Both the position numbers and the translations under genes were made by a program. Below are positions 25,867-34,484 of a stretch of 62,248 nt of DNA, piece after piece (the first letter of the stretch is position 1; each line of letters opens with the position of its first letter). The stretch is from Actinomycetota bacterium (GTDB lineage Bacteria; Actinomycetota; Actinomycetes; Actinomycetales; Micrococcaceae). The stretch spans positions 1-62,248 of the forward strand of contig JBKPBZ010000028.1 in the NCBI GenBank assembly GCA_046727115.1, given 5' to 3'. Under the pieces are notes generated by a model that saw nothing but the letters and a program-made list of their open reading frames with translations, ran no database searches and had not been told where the DNA came from.

Positions 25867-25898
25867 GGTGTCTCCTGTGGGGTAGGGGTAACGAGGAG

Positions 25899-25914
25899 AC
25901 ATTACCGCGCTTAC
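25899..25914 (-). promoter_or_regulatory. Motif ATTACCGCGCTTAC with -10 TAATGT
   Basis: Contains the TAA stop of the methyltransferase gene. Confidence 0.7.
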
Positions 25915-27446
25915 GGCTCGGCGAGCAAGGGACCGATCAGGATGGCATCGCCTAGGTCCAGATGGACGCTGACCGGGCCGCAGGCCTCCGTGGCCTTCAC
26001 CGGGTCGCCCTTCACGAACACCAGCAGGTTCTGGTGCGTCTTCCCCAGCTTGCGGCTGGCGGTGAACTGGCGTCCCACGGTGATCCGGACGCTGCTGATC
26101 GGGGCCACATAGCTGGCCTCGTTGTAGAACGCCATGCCGGCGTCCCGGAACGCGTCGATGGTGGCGGGGACCAGGCCGCGGTACATGCCGGTCTGCCGGT
26201 CCCGGACCTCGCCCACCATCCACACAGCGAACCGGTCGTCACGTAGTCGGGCGACGGCCAGGCGGATGGCCTGCCGGTAGGCGTCCAGGAACTGGGGCCA
26301 TGGCATCACCGACAGGTCGCGGGGGTCGTCGCTGTAGCGCTCCAGGTCGGCGTATGGCGGGCAGCTGAACAGCATGTCGGCGGCGTTGTCGGCCAGCTGC
26401 GGGTTGACGGCGTCGTTGTTCTCCCACTGCGCCGCGCCGAACGGCCCGCCGTCGACACCTAGGGCGGGCAGGATGTCGGCGGCCTGCTGCCGGTTCGCCT
26501 CGACCTGTTCCATGGACAGGTCGTAGCCCAGGTAGCGGCGGCCGAGGGCGGCGGCGACAATGCCCCGGACGCTGCCACCGGCGAATGGGTCGAACACGAA
26601 CCCGTCTGGTGGGCAGAACCAGCGGTAGGCCAGCTCACACAGGACTGGGTCGAACACGCTGACGCCCCCGGCGACCACGCTGCTGCTGGTGGGCATCACC
26701 AGGTACTCGGCCTCGAATTCGTCCACCGACAGCTGCCGGCCTAGCCGGGCCTCCACCGCGTTTTTCTGGTCGTAGTAGTTGTAGACCTGGGCGCCGGTCC
26801 CTTTGATGGCTGTGGCGCCGTCGTCGCGCCCGATCTCGGACCGGATGCCCAGGGACATCCACCGGGCCTTACGTTCCCGCCAGACACCGGAGCGGGCGTC
26901 CAGGACACTGAACGGGGGGATCACGAACCGGTCGAAGAGGGACGGGTTGGGTGCCGGGGGGTCGACCGGGGCGGGCGGATTGAGGTCGGCCAACAGCGCG
27001 TCGACGTCGGCGGGCGTGAACCCTGGGGGCAGTCCACCGGCGGTGGGTTGCAGGTCGGCGAGGAGGGGGCCGAGGGCATCGGTCCAGCCACCCAGTTCGG
27101 TGAGGCGGTTGGTGGTGACCATGAACGCCCGGGCCTCATCGTCATCCTGGCTGGACCACCCGCGGATCACGGGGACGGTCCAGACGCCGTCGGGGTCCAT
27201 GACGATGCCCTCAGGCGGGTAGGCGGCCGCCCCGTTCTCGTACCAGTCGTGGAGGCGTTCGATGCGGCCGTGGCCGGCGATCAGGCGGCCGGTGCGTTCG
27301 TCCAGGAGGACGGGTTCCGCGTAACCGAACCGGGTGATGCTGGCCGTGATGTCGGCGTCAGCATGGGACTTGACATTGGCGGGGTCGCGCCGGTCGTACA
27401 GGTCCAGCAACGGCATGTACTCCAGGTAGCGGGGCGGGTCAGCCAT
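25911..27446 (-). CDS. ParB-like N-terminus plus DNA amino-methyltransferase
   Basis: SITRFGYAEPVL...LIAGHGR (ParB); FDPFAGG, GYDL, SCPPY. Confidence 0.88.
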   Translation of the reverse strand: MADPPRYLEYMPLLDLYDRRDPANVKSHADADITASITRFGYAEPVLLDERTGRLIAGHGRIERLHDWYENGAAAYPPEGIVMDPDGVWTVPVIRGWSSQDDDEARAFMVTTNRLTELGGWTDALGPLLADLQPTAGGLPPGFTPADVDALLADLNPPAPVDPPAPNPSLFDRFVIPPFSVLDARSGVWRERKARWMSLGIRSEIGRDDGATAIKGTGAQVYNYYDQKNAVEARLGRQLSVDEFEAEYLVMPTSSSVVAGGVSVFDPVLCELAYRWFCPPDGFVFDPFAGGSVRGIVAAALGRRYLGYDLSMEQVEANRQQAADILPALGVDGGPFGAAQWENNDAVNPQLADNAADMLFSCPPYADLERYSDDPRDLSVMPWPQFLDAYRQAIRLAVARLRDDRFAVWMVGEVRDRQTGMYRGLVPATIDAFRDAGMAFYNEASYVAPISSVRITVGRQFTASRKLGKTHQNLLVFVKGDPVKATEACGPVSVHLDLGDAILIGPLLAEP

Positions 27447-27735
27447 CGACGGCGGTCCTCTTCTGTCGATCCTTCACAGCGGCCTCCTCGGCGTCCAGGG
27501 CAGCCTGGAACGCGTAGCCGGCGCCAGCAGCTGCCACACCCAGGGCAGCAACCCCCAGAGCGGTACAGCCCAGGGAGGCGCCGATGCGGGCCATGGCCCG
27601 GGTGAAGTAGTGGTGGGTGACCCAGTCCGCTGCCCAGGCGCGGCGCCGCTCGACCTCGGCCAGTGTGCGGACGTCGGCGCCGGGCTTCGGCGCGAACCGG
27701 TCGTGGGCGACGAGGACGGTGAGGCGGTCAGGCAT
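27439..27735 (-). CDS. Hypothetical protein with a hydrophobic segment
   Basis: Coupled ORF. Confidence 0.6.
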   Translation of the reverse strand: MPDRLTVLVAHDRFAPKPGADVRTLAEVERRRAWAADWVTHHYFTRAMARIGASLGCTALGVAALGVAAAGAGYAFQAALDAEEAAVKDRQKRTAVDG

Positions 27736-29233
27736 GGGTCACCGTCAACATGTCGCGCAGCGGCTGGCAGGCGGTGACGTCCAGCTGGTCGATGCCGCGG
27801 GTCGCGGCGACGTACAGCAGCCGCAGTTCGGGGGCAGCCAGCTGCCGGTCCTCCGGTAGCTCGAAGTCGGGGCCGAGGCGGACGGCCGTCCACTCACGGC
27901 CCTTGGCCTTGTGGGCGGTCGACACGATGACATCCGCGCTGTCCTCGGGGGCCAGGCCGTCCAGGGCGGCGATGATCGTATCCGTGCCGTAGTCCTGGAT
28001 CAGCTGCACCAGCATCCGCAGTTCGCTGCCCTGCGGGTCATGGTCCACGTACTCCAGCACCTCGCGCCACGACTCGAAACAGGCCAGTTCGGGGTGGCCG
28101 GTGCGTTCGCCGTCCATGAGCCGGTCAGCGGCCTCAGCGAACCGCACGATCTCATCGCAGCCGCCGACCAGGTGGGGGGCGATGCCGCGTTCCTGGTGCT
28201 GCAGCACGGCGTTGACGGCGGCGGCGTTGGTGCGGCAGAGGACCGCCCGGGTTGGGGCCGCGCCGGTCAGGCTGAGGCTGTAGACGGTGCTGTCCCGGGC
28301 GGAGTTCCCGGTCAACCGGAACTCGGCGTCCAGGCGGTCGAGGATGGTGTTGGCGACGTCGGCGACGGCTGGGCCGAACCGCCATGACTGGGTCAGGTAG
28401 GTGCGGGGGATGTCGTCGGGCAGCGTGTCCATGGCGTTGACCGCGCCGCGCCATTCGTACAGCTGCTGCTGGTCGTCGCCGACCCAGATGATCGGGACCT
28501 GCTGGGCGTTGAGGGCGGCGAGCATGACGGGGTTGGCGTCCTGGGCCTCATCGAACAGCAGGAAATCGCCGGGGATCGTGTGGGCGCCGAGCTGCCAGAG
28601 TTTCAGGTAGGTGTCGTGCGTGAACCGCAGCTGGCCCACCGGGCTGGTCAGGTCAGCCCAGGCGCGGCGCAGGGCCGGTTCCAGTTCGGCGGCGACCTGC
28701 CGGTTGTTGACGTAGGTGCGGCGGCCGCCGTCGGCCGGTGGGTCGATGCCATCGACGTACGGGAAGTGCCGGCGGTCGGGGGCCGGGTCACCGGACTGGC
28801 AGAAGGCTGCGATGGCGCGCATGACGTGGCTGGCCTGCCAGGCGGGCTGCAGCATCTTCGTTCGTGGTGCCCCGGCGGTGGGGATGGTGACGATCAGGGG
28901 ACCGAGGCCGAGGATGCGGGCGACCTTTCCGGGCGCTACGCGGGCGCCGTTCAGGCGGTCTAGTAGGACACCGGCGGGGCTGCGTCGGATGGCGGCCATG
29001 GCGATGCTGTGGACTGTGCGGGCGGCGACGGTGAGGGGCATGGCGCGGCCGGCGTCGTTGGCGATGGCCCGGTTGAACGCCAGGTAGGTGCCGGTGTAGC
29101 GGGTGGTGCGGGCGCACATGGCCAGCGTCGTGGTCTTACCAGTGCCGGCCCCGGCCTTGATGGCCAGGCCGTTGCCCTGGCTGAACAGGGTCATGGCCTG
29201 TTCCTGTTCGGGGGTAGGGGTATGGGTCGTCAT
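27728..29233 (-). CDS. UvrD/SF1 DNA helicase
   Basis: AGAGTGKTT, LAFN, DEAQD, VGDDQQQLYEWRGA, LTQSWRF, TAHKAKGREW, LYVAATR. Confidence 0.92.
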   Translation of the reverse strand: MTTHTPTPEQEQAMTLFSQGNGLAIKAGAGTGKTTTLAMCARTTRYTGTYLAFNRAIANDAGRAMPLTVAARTVHSIAMAAIRRSPAGVLLDRLNGARVAPGKVARILGLGPLIVTIPTAGAPRTKMLQPAWQASHVMRAIAAFCQSGDPAPDRRHFPYVDGIDPPADGGRRTYVNNRQVAAELEPALRRAWADLTSPVGQLRFTHDTYLKLWQLGAHTIPGDFLLFDEAQDANPVMLAALNAQQVPIIWVGDDQQQLYEWRGAVNAMDTLPDDIPRTYLTQSWRFGPAVADVANTILDRLDAEFRLTGNSARDSTVYSLSLTGAAPTRAVLCRTNAAAVNAVLQHQERGIAPHLVGGCDEIVRFAEAADRLMDGERTGHPELACFESWREVLEYVDHDPQGSELRMLVQLIQDYGTDTIIAALDGLAPEDSADVIVSTAHKAKGREWTAVRLGPDFELPEDRQLAAPELRLLYVAATRGIDQLDVTACQPLRDMLTVTHA

Positions 29234-29245
29234 GGGTCCAGGGGG

Positions 29246-29530
29246 TCAGGGGGTCTTCTTCTTGGCGCGCCTGGCCTTGGTCATCGCCACCCGGATCGAT
29301 TCAGGTGTGGTGCCCGAGTGCTCGGCGATGGTGGCATCCGGAACGTTCAGGTTCCGTAACGCCTGGTAGATCTCCATGCGCCGGTCGTACAGACGGCGGA
29401 CGGGTTCTAGGTGCACGCGGATGCCGTCCAGCTCAGCCAGATACTCGGCGATCCTGGTCTCGCGTGCCGCTGTGGTGGCTGTCTTCCGGGCATCTGCCGC
29501 GGTCGGGGTGGTCGTGGCAGTGTCGGCCAT
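29246..29530 (-). CDS. Small HTH DNA-binding protein
   Basis: VPDATIAEHSGTTPESIRVAM. Confidence 0.65.
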   Translation of the reverse strand: MADTATTTPTAADARKTATTAARETRIAEYLAELDGIRVHLEPVRRLYDRRMEIYQALRNLNVPDATIAEHSGTTPESIRVAMTKARRAKKKTP

Positions 29531-29531
29531 G

Positions 29532-29906
29532 TCAGGGTTCGACGGGACCGTCGGCCGGCGCGTCGGGGTCGTCGGCAGGGTCCTCGTCCGTGTAGTCGAG
29601 GCGGGTGACACCGCGGGATTCCTCCACCCGGATGCGCTGCTGTTCCAGCACCTCGGCCACCAGGTCACCCTCGATGGTGGCGGCGTTCTGGACCTGCAGG
29701 ACATGGACGCGTTGCAGGGCGTCCGTCTCCTTGATGGGGTCCATCCGGACCTTCTTGACCTCGGCCTCGATGACCAGGGTGACGGTGTCGCCGTGGTGCA
29801 GCTCAAGGTTGTTGACCGTCAGCGCCTTGTTCAGGCCGCCGCTGGCCCCAGGCATCTCGACGCCTGAGCTGATGACGTCGTGGCCCTCGAATGGTTGCAG
29901 TCCCAT
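29532..29906 (-). CDS. Hypothetical protein resembling conserved actinophage proteins
   Basis: GAAAGG RBS; first gene after a motif promoter. Confidence 0.75.
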   Translation of the reverse strand: MGLQPFEGHDVISSGVEMPGASGGLNKALTVNNLELHHGDTVTLVIEAEVKKVRMDPIKETDALQRVHVLQVQNAATIEGDLVAEVLEQQRIRVEESRGVTRLDYTDEDPADDPDAPADGPVEP

Positions 29907-29938
29907 GGGGTTCCTTTCCTGCGGGAATCGACCGCCCC

Positions 29939-29954
29939 ACGTTAGCGCGTTAAC
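29939..29954 (-). promoter_or_regulatory. Motif GTTAGCGCGTTAAC with -10 TAACGT
   Basis: Contains the TAA stop of the VRR-NUC gene. Confidence 0.75.
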
Positions 29955-30351
29955 GGCCTGCGGCGGCTATGACACGCCGGGCCTCCAGGTCGTCCACGGT
30001 GGTAAACCCGTAGACGGCGGGGGCGGTGGCGGGGCGGCGTATCCACTGCTGGATGTCGGGCCACGGGTCGCTGGGGCGCAGCACCCAGGCGCGGGCGCAG
30101 GGCACCCGGCTGTACAGCGACAGCACCGCGACCTGTTCCCGGGTCGGCTTCTCGCGCCGCACCTTGCACTCGATGACCAGCAGCCGTGGGGGACGGACAG
30201 CGATCAGGTCCGGCTTGCCCTTCAACGTGCTGCCCGACCGCCAGACGCCGTGCCGTGTGAGCAGCGGGTAGGTGTGCTCGACCACATACCCGAACACCTC
30301 CAGCGTGTTGACCAGGGTCGTCTGCCATTCCTTCTCGCTAGGTTCGGTCAT
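29950..30351 (-). CDS. VRR-NUC-like PD-(D/E)xK nuclease
   Basis: SEKEWQ...KGKPDL...IECK...TREQ...LRPSD. Confidence 0.8.
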   Translation of the reverse strand: MTEPSEKEWQTTLVNTLEVFGYVVEHTYPLLTRHGVWRSGSTLKGKPDLIAVRPPRLLVIECKVRREKPTREQVAVLSLYSRVPCARAWVLRPSDPWPDIQQWIRRPATAPAVYGFTTVDDLEARRVIAAAGR

Positions 30352-30644
30352 GCGAACGTGATCTCGTCCGGTGTCAGCGCGGCCGGGTAGCGGCAGCGCA
30401 TCGCCCCCGCCTGGCCCAGGTTCCCACGGACCGCGTGCTGCTTACGACGCCACGATGACCGGGTTGTAGGTGCGAGGAGCACCACATCGTCGCGGCCACA
30501 TCCGGGACAGCTGGTGCGGGGCAGGGGGGTCGATCCGTTGATGGCGCGCATGACGACGTTCCAGCAGGGATGGCACAGGTCGCGGGCGTGGTGGTCGCGG
30601 TCGGGGTGGCAGATCGGCTGGCGGCGGGTCATCGTTTCCGCCAT
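30348..30644 (-). CDS. Cys/His-rich hypothetical protein
   Basis: CHPDRDHHARDLCHPC, CPGC. Confidence 0.6.
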   Translation of the reverse strand: MAETMTRRQPICHPDRDHHARDLCHPCWNVVMRAINGSTPLPRTSCPGCGRDDVVLLAPTTRSSWRRKQHAVRGNLGQAGAMRCRYPAALTPDEITFA

Positions 30645-30883
30645 TCGTCCGCCTTCGGGCACGTGGCGTGGTGGGGCATGTGGATCGCGCCCTCGGTCAT
30701 CATCTGGGGCTGGCCGTGGACGATGGCCTGCGGGGCGCGCATGCCGGGGGCCGGCGGCAGCAGTTCCACGTTGCCGTCCGGGTTGGGTTCGGCGTCGACC
30801 GGCATGTACTTGCCCTTGGCCGTGACCGCCCAGATGATCTGGGCGGGGCAGCTGCGGCAGGTGGCGGTGGGGTAGTCGGCCAT
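30629..30883 (-). CDS. Small Zn-binding phage protein
   Basis: CRSCPAQIIW...MPVD...HHATC. Confidence 0.75.
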   Translation of the reverse strand: MADYPTATCRSCPAQIIWAVTAKGKYMPVDAEPNPDGNVELLPPAPGMRAPQAIVHGQPQMMTEGAIHMPHHATCPKADEWRKR

Positions 30884-31128
30884 CACCGACACCTCTCGAA
30901 GTGGCCGCTGAGGGACCGCTCGAACGGGACGTCGGGGTCGTTGTCGAGCCTGGCCTCGCGGGTGGCGGCGTTGTACCGCCACTGCAGGATGGCCATGGAC
31001 CACCGGTGGGCGGTGGAATGCCACCAGCCGCGGGCGACCTCGCTGTTATAGGCAGCCAGCGTCTGGATCTCGGGGCACGACATGACGGTGATCAGGCCGC
31101 CGTGGCTGTCGGGGCATCGATGCTTCAT
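30883..31128 (-). CDS. Hypothetical protein
   Basis: Coupled ORF; YNSEVARG. Confidence 0.6.
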   Translation of the reverse strand: MKHRCPDSHGGLITVMSCPEIQTLAAYNSEVARGWWHSTAHRWSMAILQWRYNAATREARLDNDPDVPFERSLSGHFERCR

Positions 31129-31331
31129 GGGATGTCCTTCGGGGTGATGCGGACGGACCAGTTCGTCAGCTGGTTGGCGGCGACGCTGGCGGCAGCTGCG
31201 ACGTCGTCCACGGTGATGCCCAGGGCGTCGGCTGTGCTCTCCATGGACTCAGGGTCGTAGCCCTCGATCAGCATGACGCAGTCGGCGAGGATCGCAGCCT
31301 TGGCAGCCTGGATGCGCTGGCGGCGCGTCAC
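31125..31331 (-). CDS. Small hypothetical protein
   Basis: GTGA coupling at 31331. Confidence 0.6.
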   Translation of the reverse strand: MTRRQRIQAAKAAILADCVMLIEGYDPESMESTADALGITVDDVAAAASVAANQLTNWSVRITPKDIP

Positions 31332-31735
31332 GCTGCCTCCAGATCCGGCATGGGCTGGTCGGCTGGGGTGCCGTCCCACCAGTAGTCCACGATCCCGAAG
31401 AACACGAGGCGGCACCAGGCGTCCTCGACCGACTGGCCGTGTTCGATGACCAGACCCCAGGCGGCCACCAGGTCCCGCGGCGCGTACTCGATCCACTCGT
31501 TGTGGTGGGCGCACAGAGTGAGCAGGTTCCACAGCCGGTACGGGCCACCCTGTCCCTCCTTCCACAGGTGGTGGGGGGTGTGGCGTTTCCCGAAACAGGC
31601 ACCGGCGGTGCTGCCGGCGAGGCGGCATCGTTGGTCCCGGGCATACAGCCGGGACCGGGTCTTGGCCCGTTCTGGTGTGTCCTTCCGTCTGGTCCGCAGC
31701 CCGGTGGTGCGGGCCAGGGTGCCGGGGCGCTTCAC
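31328..31735 (-). CDS. HNH-like endonuclease
   Basis: ARDQRC...C...HHL...GG...NLLTLCAHHNEW. Confidence 0.75.
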   Translation of the reverse strand: MKRPGTLARTTGLRTRRKDTPERAKTRSRLYARDQRCRLAGSTAGACFGKRHTPHHLWKEGQGGPYRLWNLLTLCAHHNEWIEYAPRDLVAAWGLVIEHGQSVEDAWCRLVFFGIVDYWWDGTPADQPMPDLEAA

Positions 31736-31938
31736 AGCGACGCGCCCTTGTAGCGGCGGCCGCCCTGGCGGATCGGTTGCGGCGCGGCGGTGGTGGGGTC
31801 GGCGCCGGTGCCCATGTCGCGGATCTGGGTGATGTCGAACGTCCCGGAGGCGCTGCCGTAAGTGTTGTGCCAGTTGCGGCGGCGTTTCCCGCCCTTGCCC
31901 TTCTGTGCTTTCGAGCCGCTGGTACCGCCACGGGGCAT
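31732..31938 (-). CDS. Small basic protein
   Basis: K/R/G-rich; coupled. Confidence 0.55.
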   Translation of the reverse strand: MPRGGTSGSKAQKGKGGKRRRNWHNTYGSASGTFDITQIRDMGTGADPTTAAPQPIRQGGRRYKGASL

Positions 31939-31941
31939 CGG

Positions 31942-32355
31942 TCAGTCCTCGGGTAGGCGCACTGGCCAGGGCAGGGCGGTGGGGTCAGCGGTGTCGACGG
32001 GCTGGTTCAGATCCGGTTTCGGAACCTCATGGCCGGTGCCCAGCCTGGGGACGCCCCCGAACGTGACGCGTTCGAGGTAGACGATCAGGCCGTCACGGGT
32101 CAGGCCCCTGGGCCGCAGACGGCGGTACAGGCCCCAGCCGCGGCCGGGGCCGGCGTGGTCGCCGATGGCCTGGGCGGCCATGACCTCGCGTTGCAGCAGG
32201 ATGTGGGCGCCAGCACATTCGCGGGTGGCGACGTTCGATGGCGCCGGTTTCATGCCGTCGGGGACCGGGTTGCTGGGGTCGGTGGGGTGGCACCCGGGGC
32301 ACGGCGTGGCCTTGGCCGGGGCCGTGGCGGTGCGTTCGACGGTGGCCTCAGGCAT
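31942..32355 (-). CDS. Hypothetical protein
   Basis: CPGC...C...H; coupled. Confidence 0.6.
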   Translation of the reverse strand: MPEATVERTATAPAKATPCPGCHPTDPSNPVPDGMKPAPSNVATRECAGAHILLQREVMAAQAIGDHAGPGRGWGLYRRLRPRGLTRDGLIVYLERVTFGGVPRLGTGHEVPKPDLNQPVDTADPTALPWPVRLPED

Positions 32356-33127
32356 CGTCGGGCCTCCGTAGCCGCAGGATTACCTCATGGGGTGCGCGGG
32401 CGTCGGTGGCGGCCGGGCCATCGGGGTCGGCCTCTGCCTGGTCCGTGGTGCGGCCGACGCCCTGCAGCCGGGACGTGGCCACGATGCTGTCGCGGCCTGC
32501 CTGCACGAACCCTGCGCCCATCGCCGCGCCACGGTGCCAGGCGACCGCTGGGACCAGCTGGCGGCCCTTGTAGAAGTCGCTGACGTTGAGGAGCAGCAGG
32601 CCGCCGGGACGCAGGGTGCCCAGCATCAGCCTGTACGCCTCGGCGTGGAACGCCCAGTAGGCGGGTCCCCAGTGGAGGGTGGCGCTGTTGTTGGGGTGCA
32701 GGGGCTGGCCGTAGTCGTGGAAGTAGCTGCGGCGGGTGGAGCCGTCCTGGGCGTTGTGGTGGTCGGCCAGCCGGTTGCCGTAGGTGGGGCTGGTCACGAT
32801 CATGTCGACTAGGGAGCCATGGCTGGCGTGGTAGCGCATCCAGTCCATGGCGTCAGCGCAGATCGTGTCCGCGTGCGCCGCGGCCCATCCCTCCTCGATC
32901 TCGATGCCGACGGTGACGATGCCGGCCCAGCGGGCCGTGGGGCGGTGAGCGAGGCGGTGGACGCGCCCGACCCCGGCGAAGGGGTCGAGGACGTACATGG
33001 GGCGGCCGGCACGCTCGGCCTCAGTGCGGCGGCGTTCGGCCTGCACCAGTATCCGTAGCCGGTCGATGATCGGCTCCGAGAACTTCGCCGGATGCTTCGG
33101 TGGCGCCACCCGGGCGGGGTAGGTCAC
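32348..33127 (-). CDS. DNA amino-methyltransferase
   Basis: HPAKF, LDPFAGVG, GIEIE, TSPTY, LRPGG. Confidence 0.82.
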   Translation of the reverse strand: MTYPARVAPPKHPAKFSEPIIDRLRILVQAERRRTEAERAGRPMYVLDPFAGVGRVHRLAHRPTARWAGIVTVGIEIEEGWAAAHADTICADAMDWMRYHASHGSLVDMIVTSPTYGNRLADHHNAQDGSTRRSYFHDYGQPLHPNNSATLHWGPAYWAFHAEAYRLMLGTLRPGGLLLLNVSDFYKGRQLVPAVAWHRGAAMGAGFVQAGRDSIVATSRLQGVGRTTDQAEADPDGPAATDARAPHEVILRLRRPDDA

Positions 33128-33624
33128 AGTTCCACTCCGATGTTGTCGGCCACTGCCTTGGCCCAGGCGGTGGCGGCGTTGGGGTCGGTGCGCCACCAGT
33201 CGGCGATGCCGTCGGCGAGGGCGACGAGCCATGGTGGCCGATCACTGCGCTTCGGGATCGGGGGTAGCTGTCGGACCGGGTCAGGGTCCTGGCCGTTGAC
33301 GGCGGCAGCCTGTGGCCGGGCCATGCGATGTGCCCGCACGAACTCCGGCTCCGGGATGTCCACGTCGGGGTCCATGACGAACTCGCGGGTCCGGTGGCCG
33401 GACACTACGCGGGCGCCCAGTTTGTGCGATGCCAGCCAGCGGATGGCCTCGGTGATGCGGGGCTGGGTCAGGGTGTAGCCGGCATCGTCCAGGGCTTGCT
33501 GTATCTCGTTCGACACGTCCTCGCTAACGAAGCCGCCGCGCTGTTGGGTGATCCAGGCGACGGACACGACCTGCTGGATCTTGGATGCGGTGGTCCTCGG
33601 TGGGAACCGCAGGGTCTTAGCCAT
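33124..33624 (-). CDS. Hypothetical protein (possible winged HTH)
   Basis: GGGAGG RBS; downstream of a motif promoter. Confidence 0.7.
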   Translation of the reverse strand: MAKTLRFPPRTTASKIQQVVSVAWITQQRGGFVSEDVSNEIQQALDDAGYTLTQPRITEAIRWLASHKLGARVVSGHRTREFVMDPDVDIPEPEFVRAHRMARPQAAAVNGQDPDPVRQLPPIPKRSDRPPWLVALADGIADWWRTDPNAATAWAKAVADNIGVEL

Positions 33625-33656
33625 GGTGCCTCCCGTTGTGGGGTTGGGTGACACCT

Positions 33657-33696
33657 ACGTTACCGCACTAACCCCCGGTGGTGCTAGCGCGGTTAC
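33657..33696 (-). promoter_or_regulatory. Tandem motif copies (33659-33672, 33683-33696); -10 TAACGT
   Basis: GTTACCGCACTAAC and GCTAGCGCGGTTAC. Confidence 0.7.
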
Positions 33697-33955
33697 GGCA
33701 CGCTGCCAGGGCATCGCTGATGGTGCGAGCATCGTCGGGTGGGTCCCACAGGGCCTCATCCCTGCCCTTGGGCTGCGGGCCGATCCACCAGCGGGTGGCA
33801 TTGACCGCTGCGGGGTCGAATCCCATCGTCATGCACAGCACCCACTCCTCGATCGGCGTCGCCTCGTCGCTCAGGGCCGGCGGCAGCGGCAGGGGATGCC
33901 ACAGCCGCAGCGGTCGACCAACGACCACGATGAACACCCCGTCAGAACGGTTCAT
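33668..33955 (-). CDS. Hypothetical protein
   Basis: Fills the gap between genes; start uncertain. Confidence 0.45.
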   Translation of the reverse strand: MNRSDGVFIVVVGRPLRLWHPLPLPPALSDEATPIEEWVLCMTMGFDPAAVNATRWWIGPQPKGRDEALWDPPDDARTISDALAACRNRASTTGG

Positions 33956-34484
33956 CGAGATCCACGACCGGTTCACGGTCGCCCACCATCCGGTGCGTGG
34001 CCTCAACCGCAGCGGCTAGGGCGGGCTGCTGCAGGGCCAGCTGCTGGTGACGTTCAGCCGGCGCCCGGCGCCGGGGCATCGCGCGCCGCACCCGGTTCGT
34101 CGCTGGCGGCAAGCAGCCCTGAGGGCAGGGGGCGACGTAGTGGCAGCCGTCCTCGTTGTGCCCCTGGTCGATCCAGCCGGTGTCGTGGCAGGACAGGCAG
34201 TCGACGGGGCCGCCGTCGTGGGCGTCGGCCTGGGCCTGCCGGCGGGCACGGTTCGCGGCGATCACCCGCTGCCTGAACTCCGCCACCGTCGGGAACCTCG
34301 TCAACCGGTCGTCGGACAGCACGGCGGCCAGCGCGGCGGCGATGTCCTCCAGCTTGCAGCCGCCGATGGCCACCCGCCACATCGTCATCATCTCGTCCGC
34401 GGCCTCCCCGTCCAGGGTCCGGCCGTAGTTGAGCGCCAACTTGGTCAGCACGTTGGCGATGTCGGCATCACTCGGGGTCGTCAT
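33942..34484 (-). CDS. Replicative helicase loader/inhibitor-like protein
   Basis: W...L...AL...RFPTVAEF followed by CLSCHDTGW...PC; directly after the initiator. Confidence 0.7.
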   Translation of the reverse strand: MTTPSDADIANVLTKLALNYGRTLDGEAADEMMTMWRVAIGGCKLEDIAAALAAVLSDDRLTRFPTVAEFRQRVIAANRARRQAQADAHDGGPVDCLSCHDTGWIDQGHNEDGCHYVAPCPQGCLPPATNRVRRAMPRRRAPAERHQQLALQQPALAAAVEATHRMVGDREPVVDLDEPF

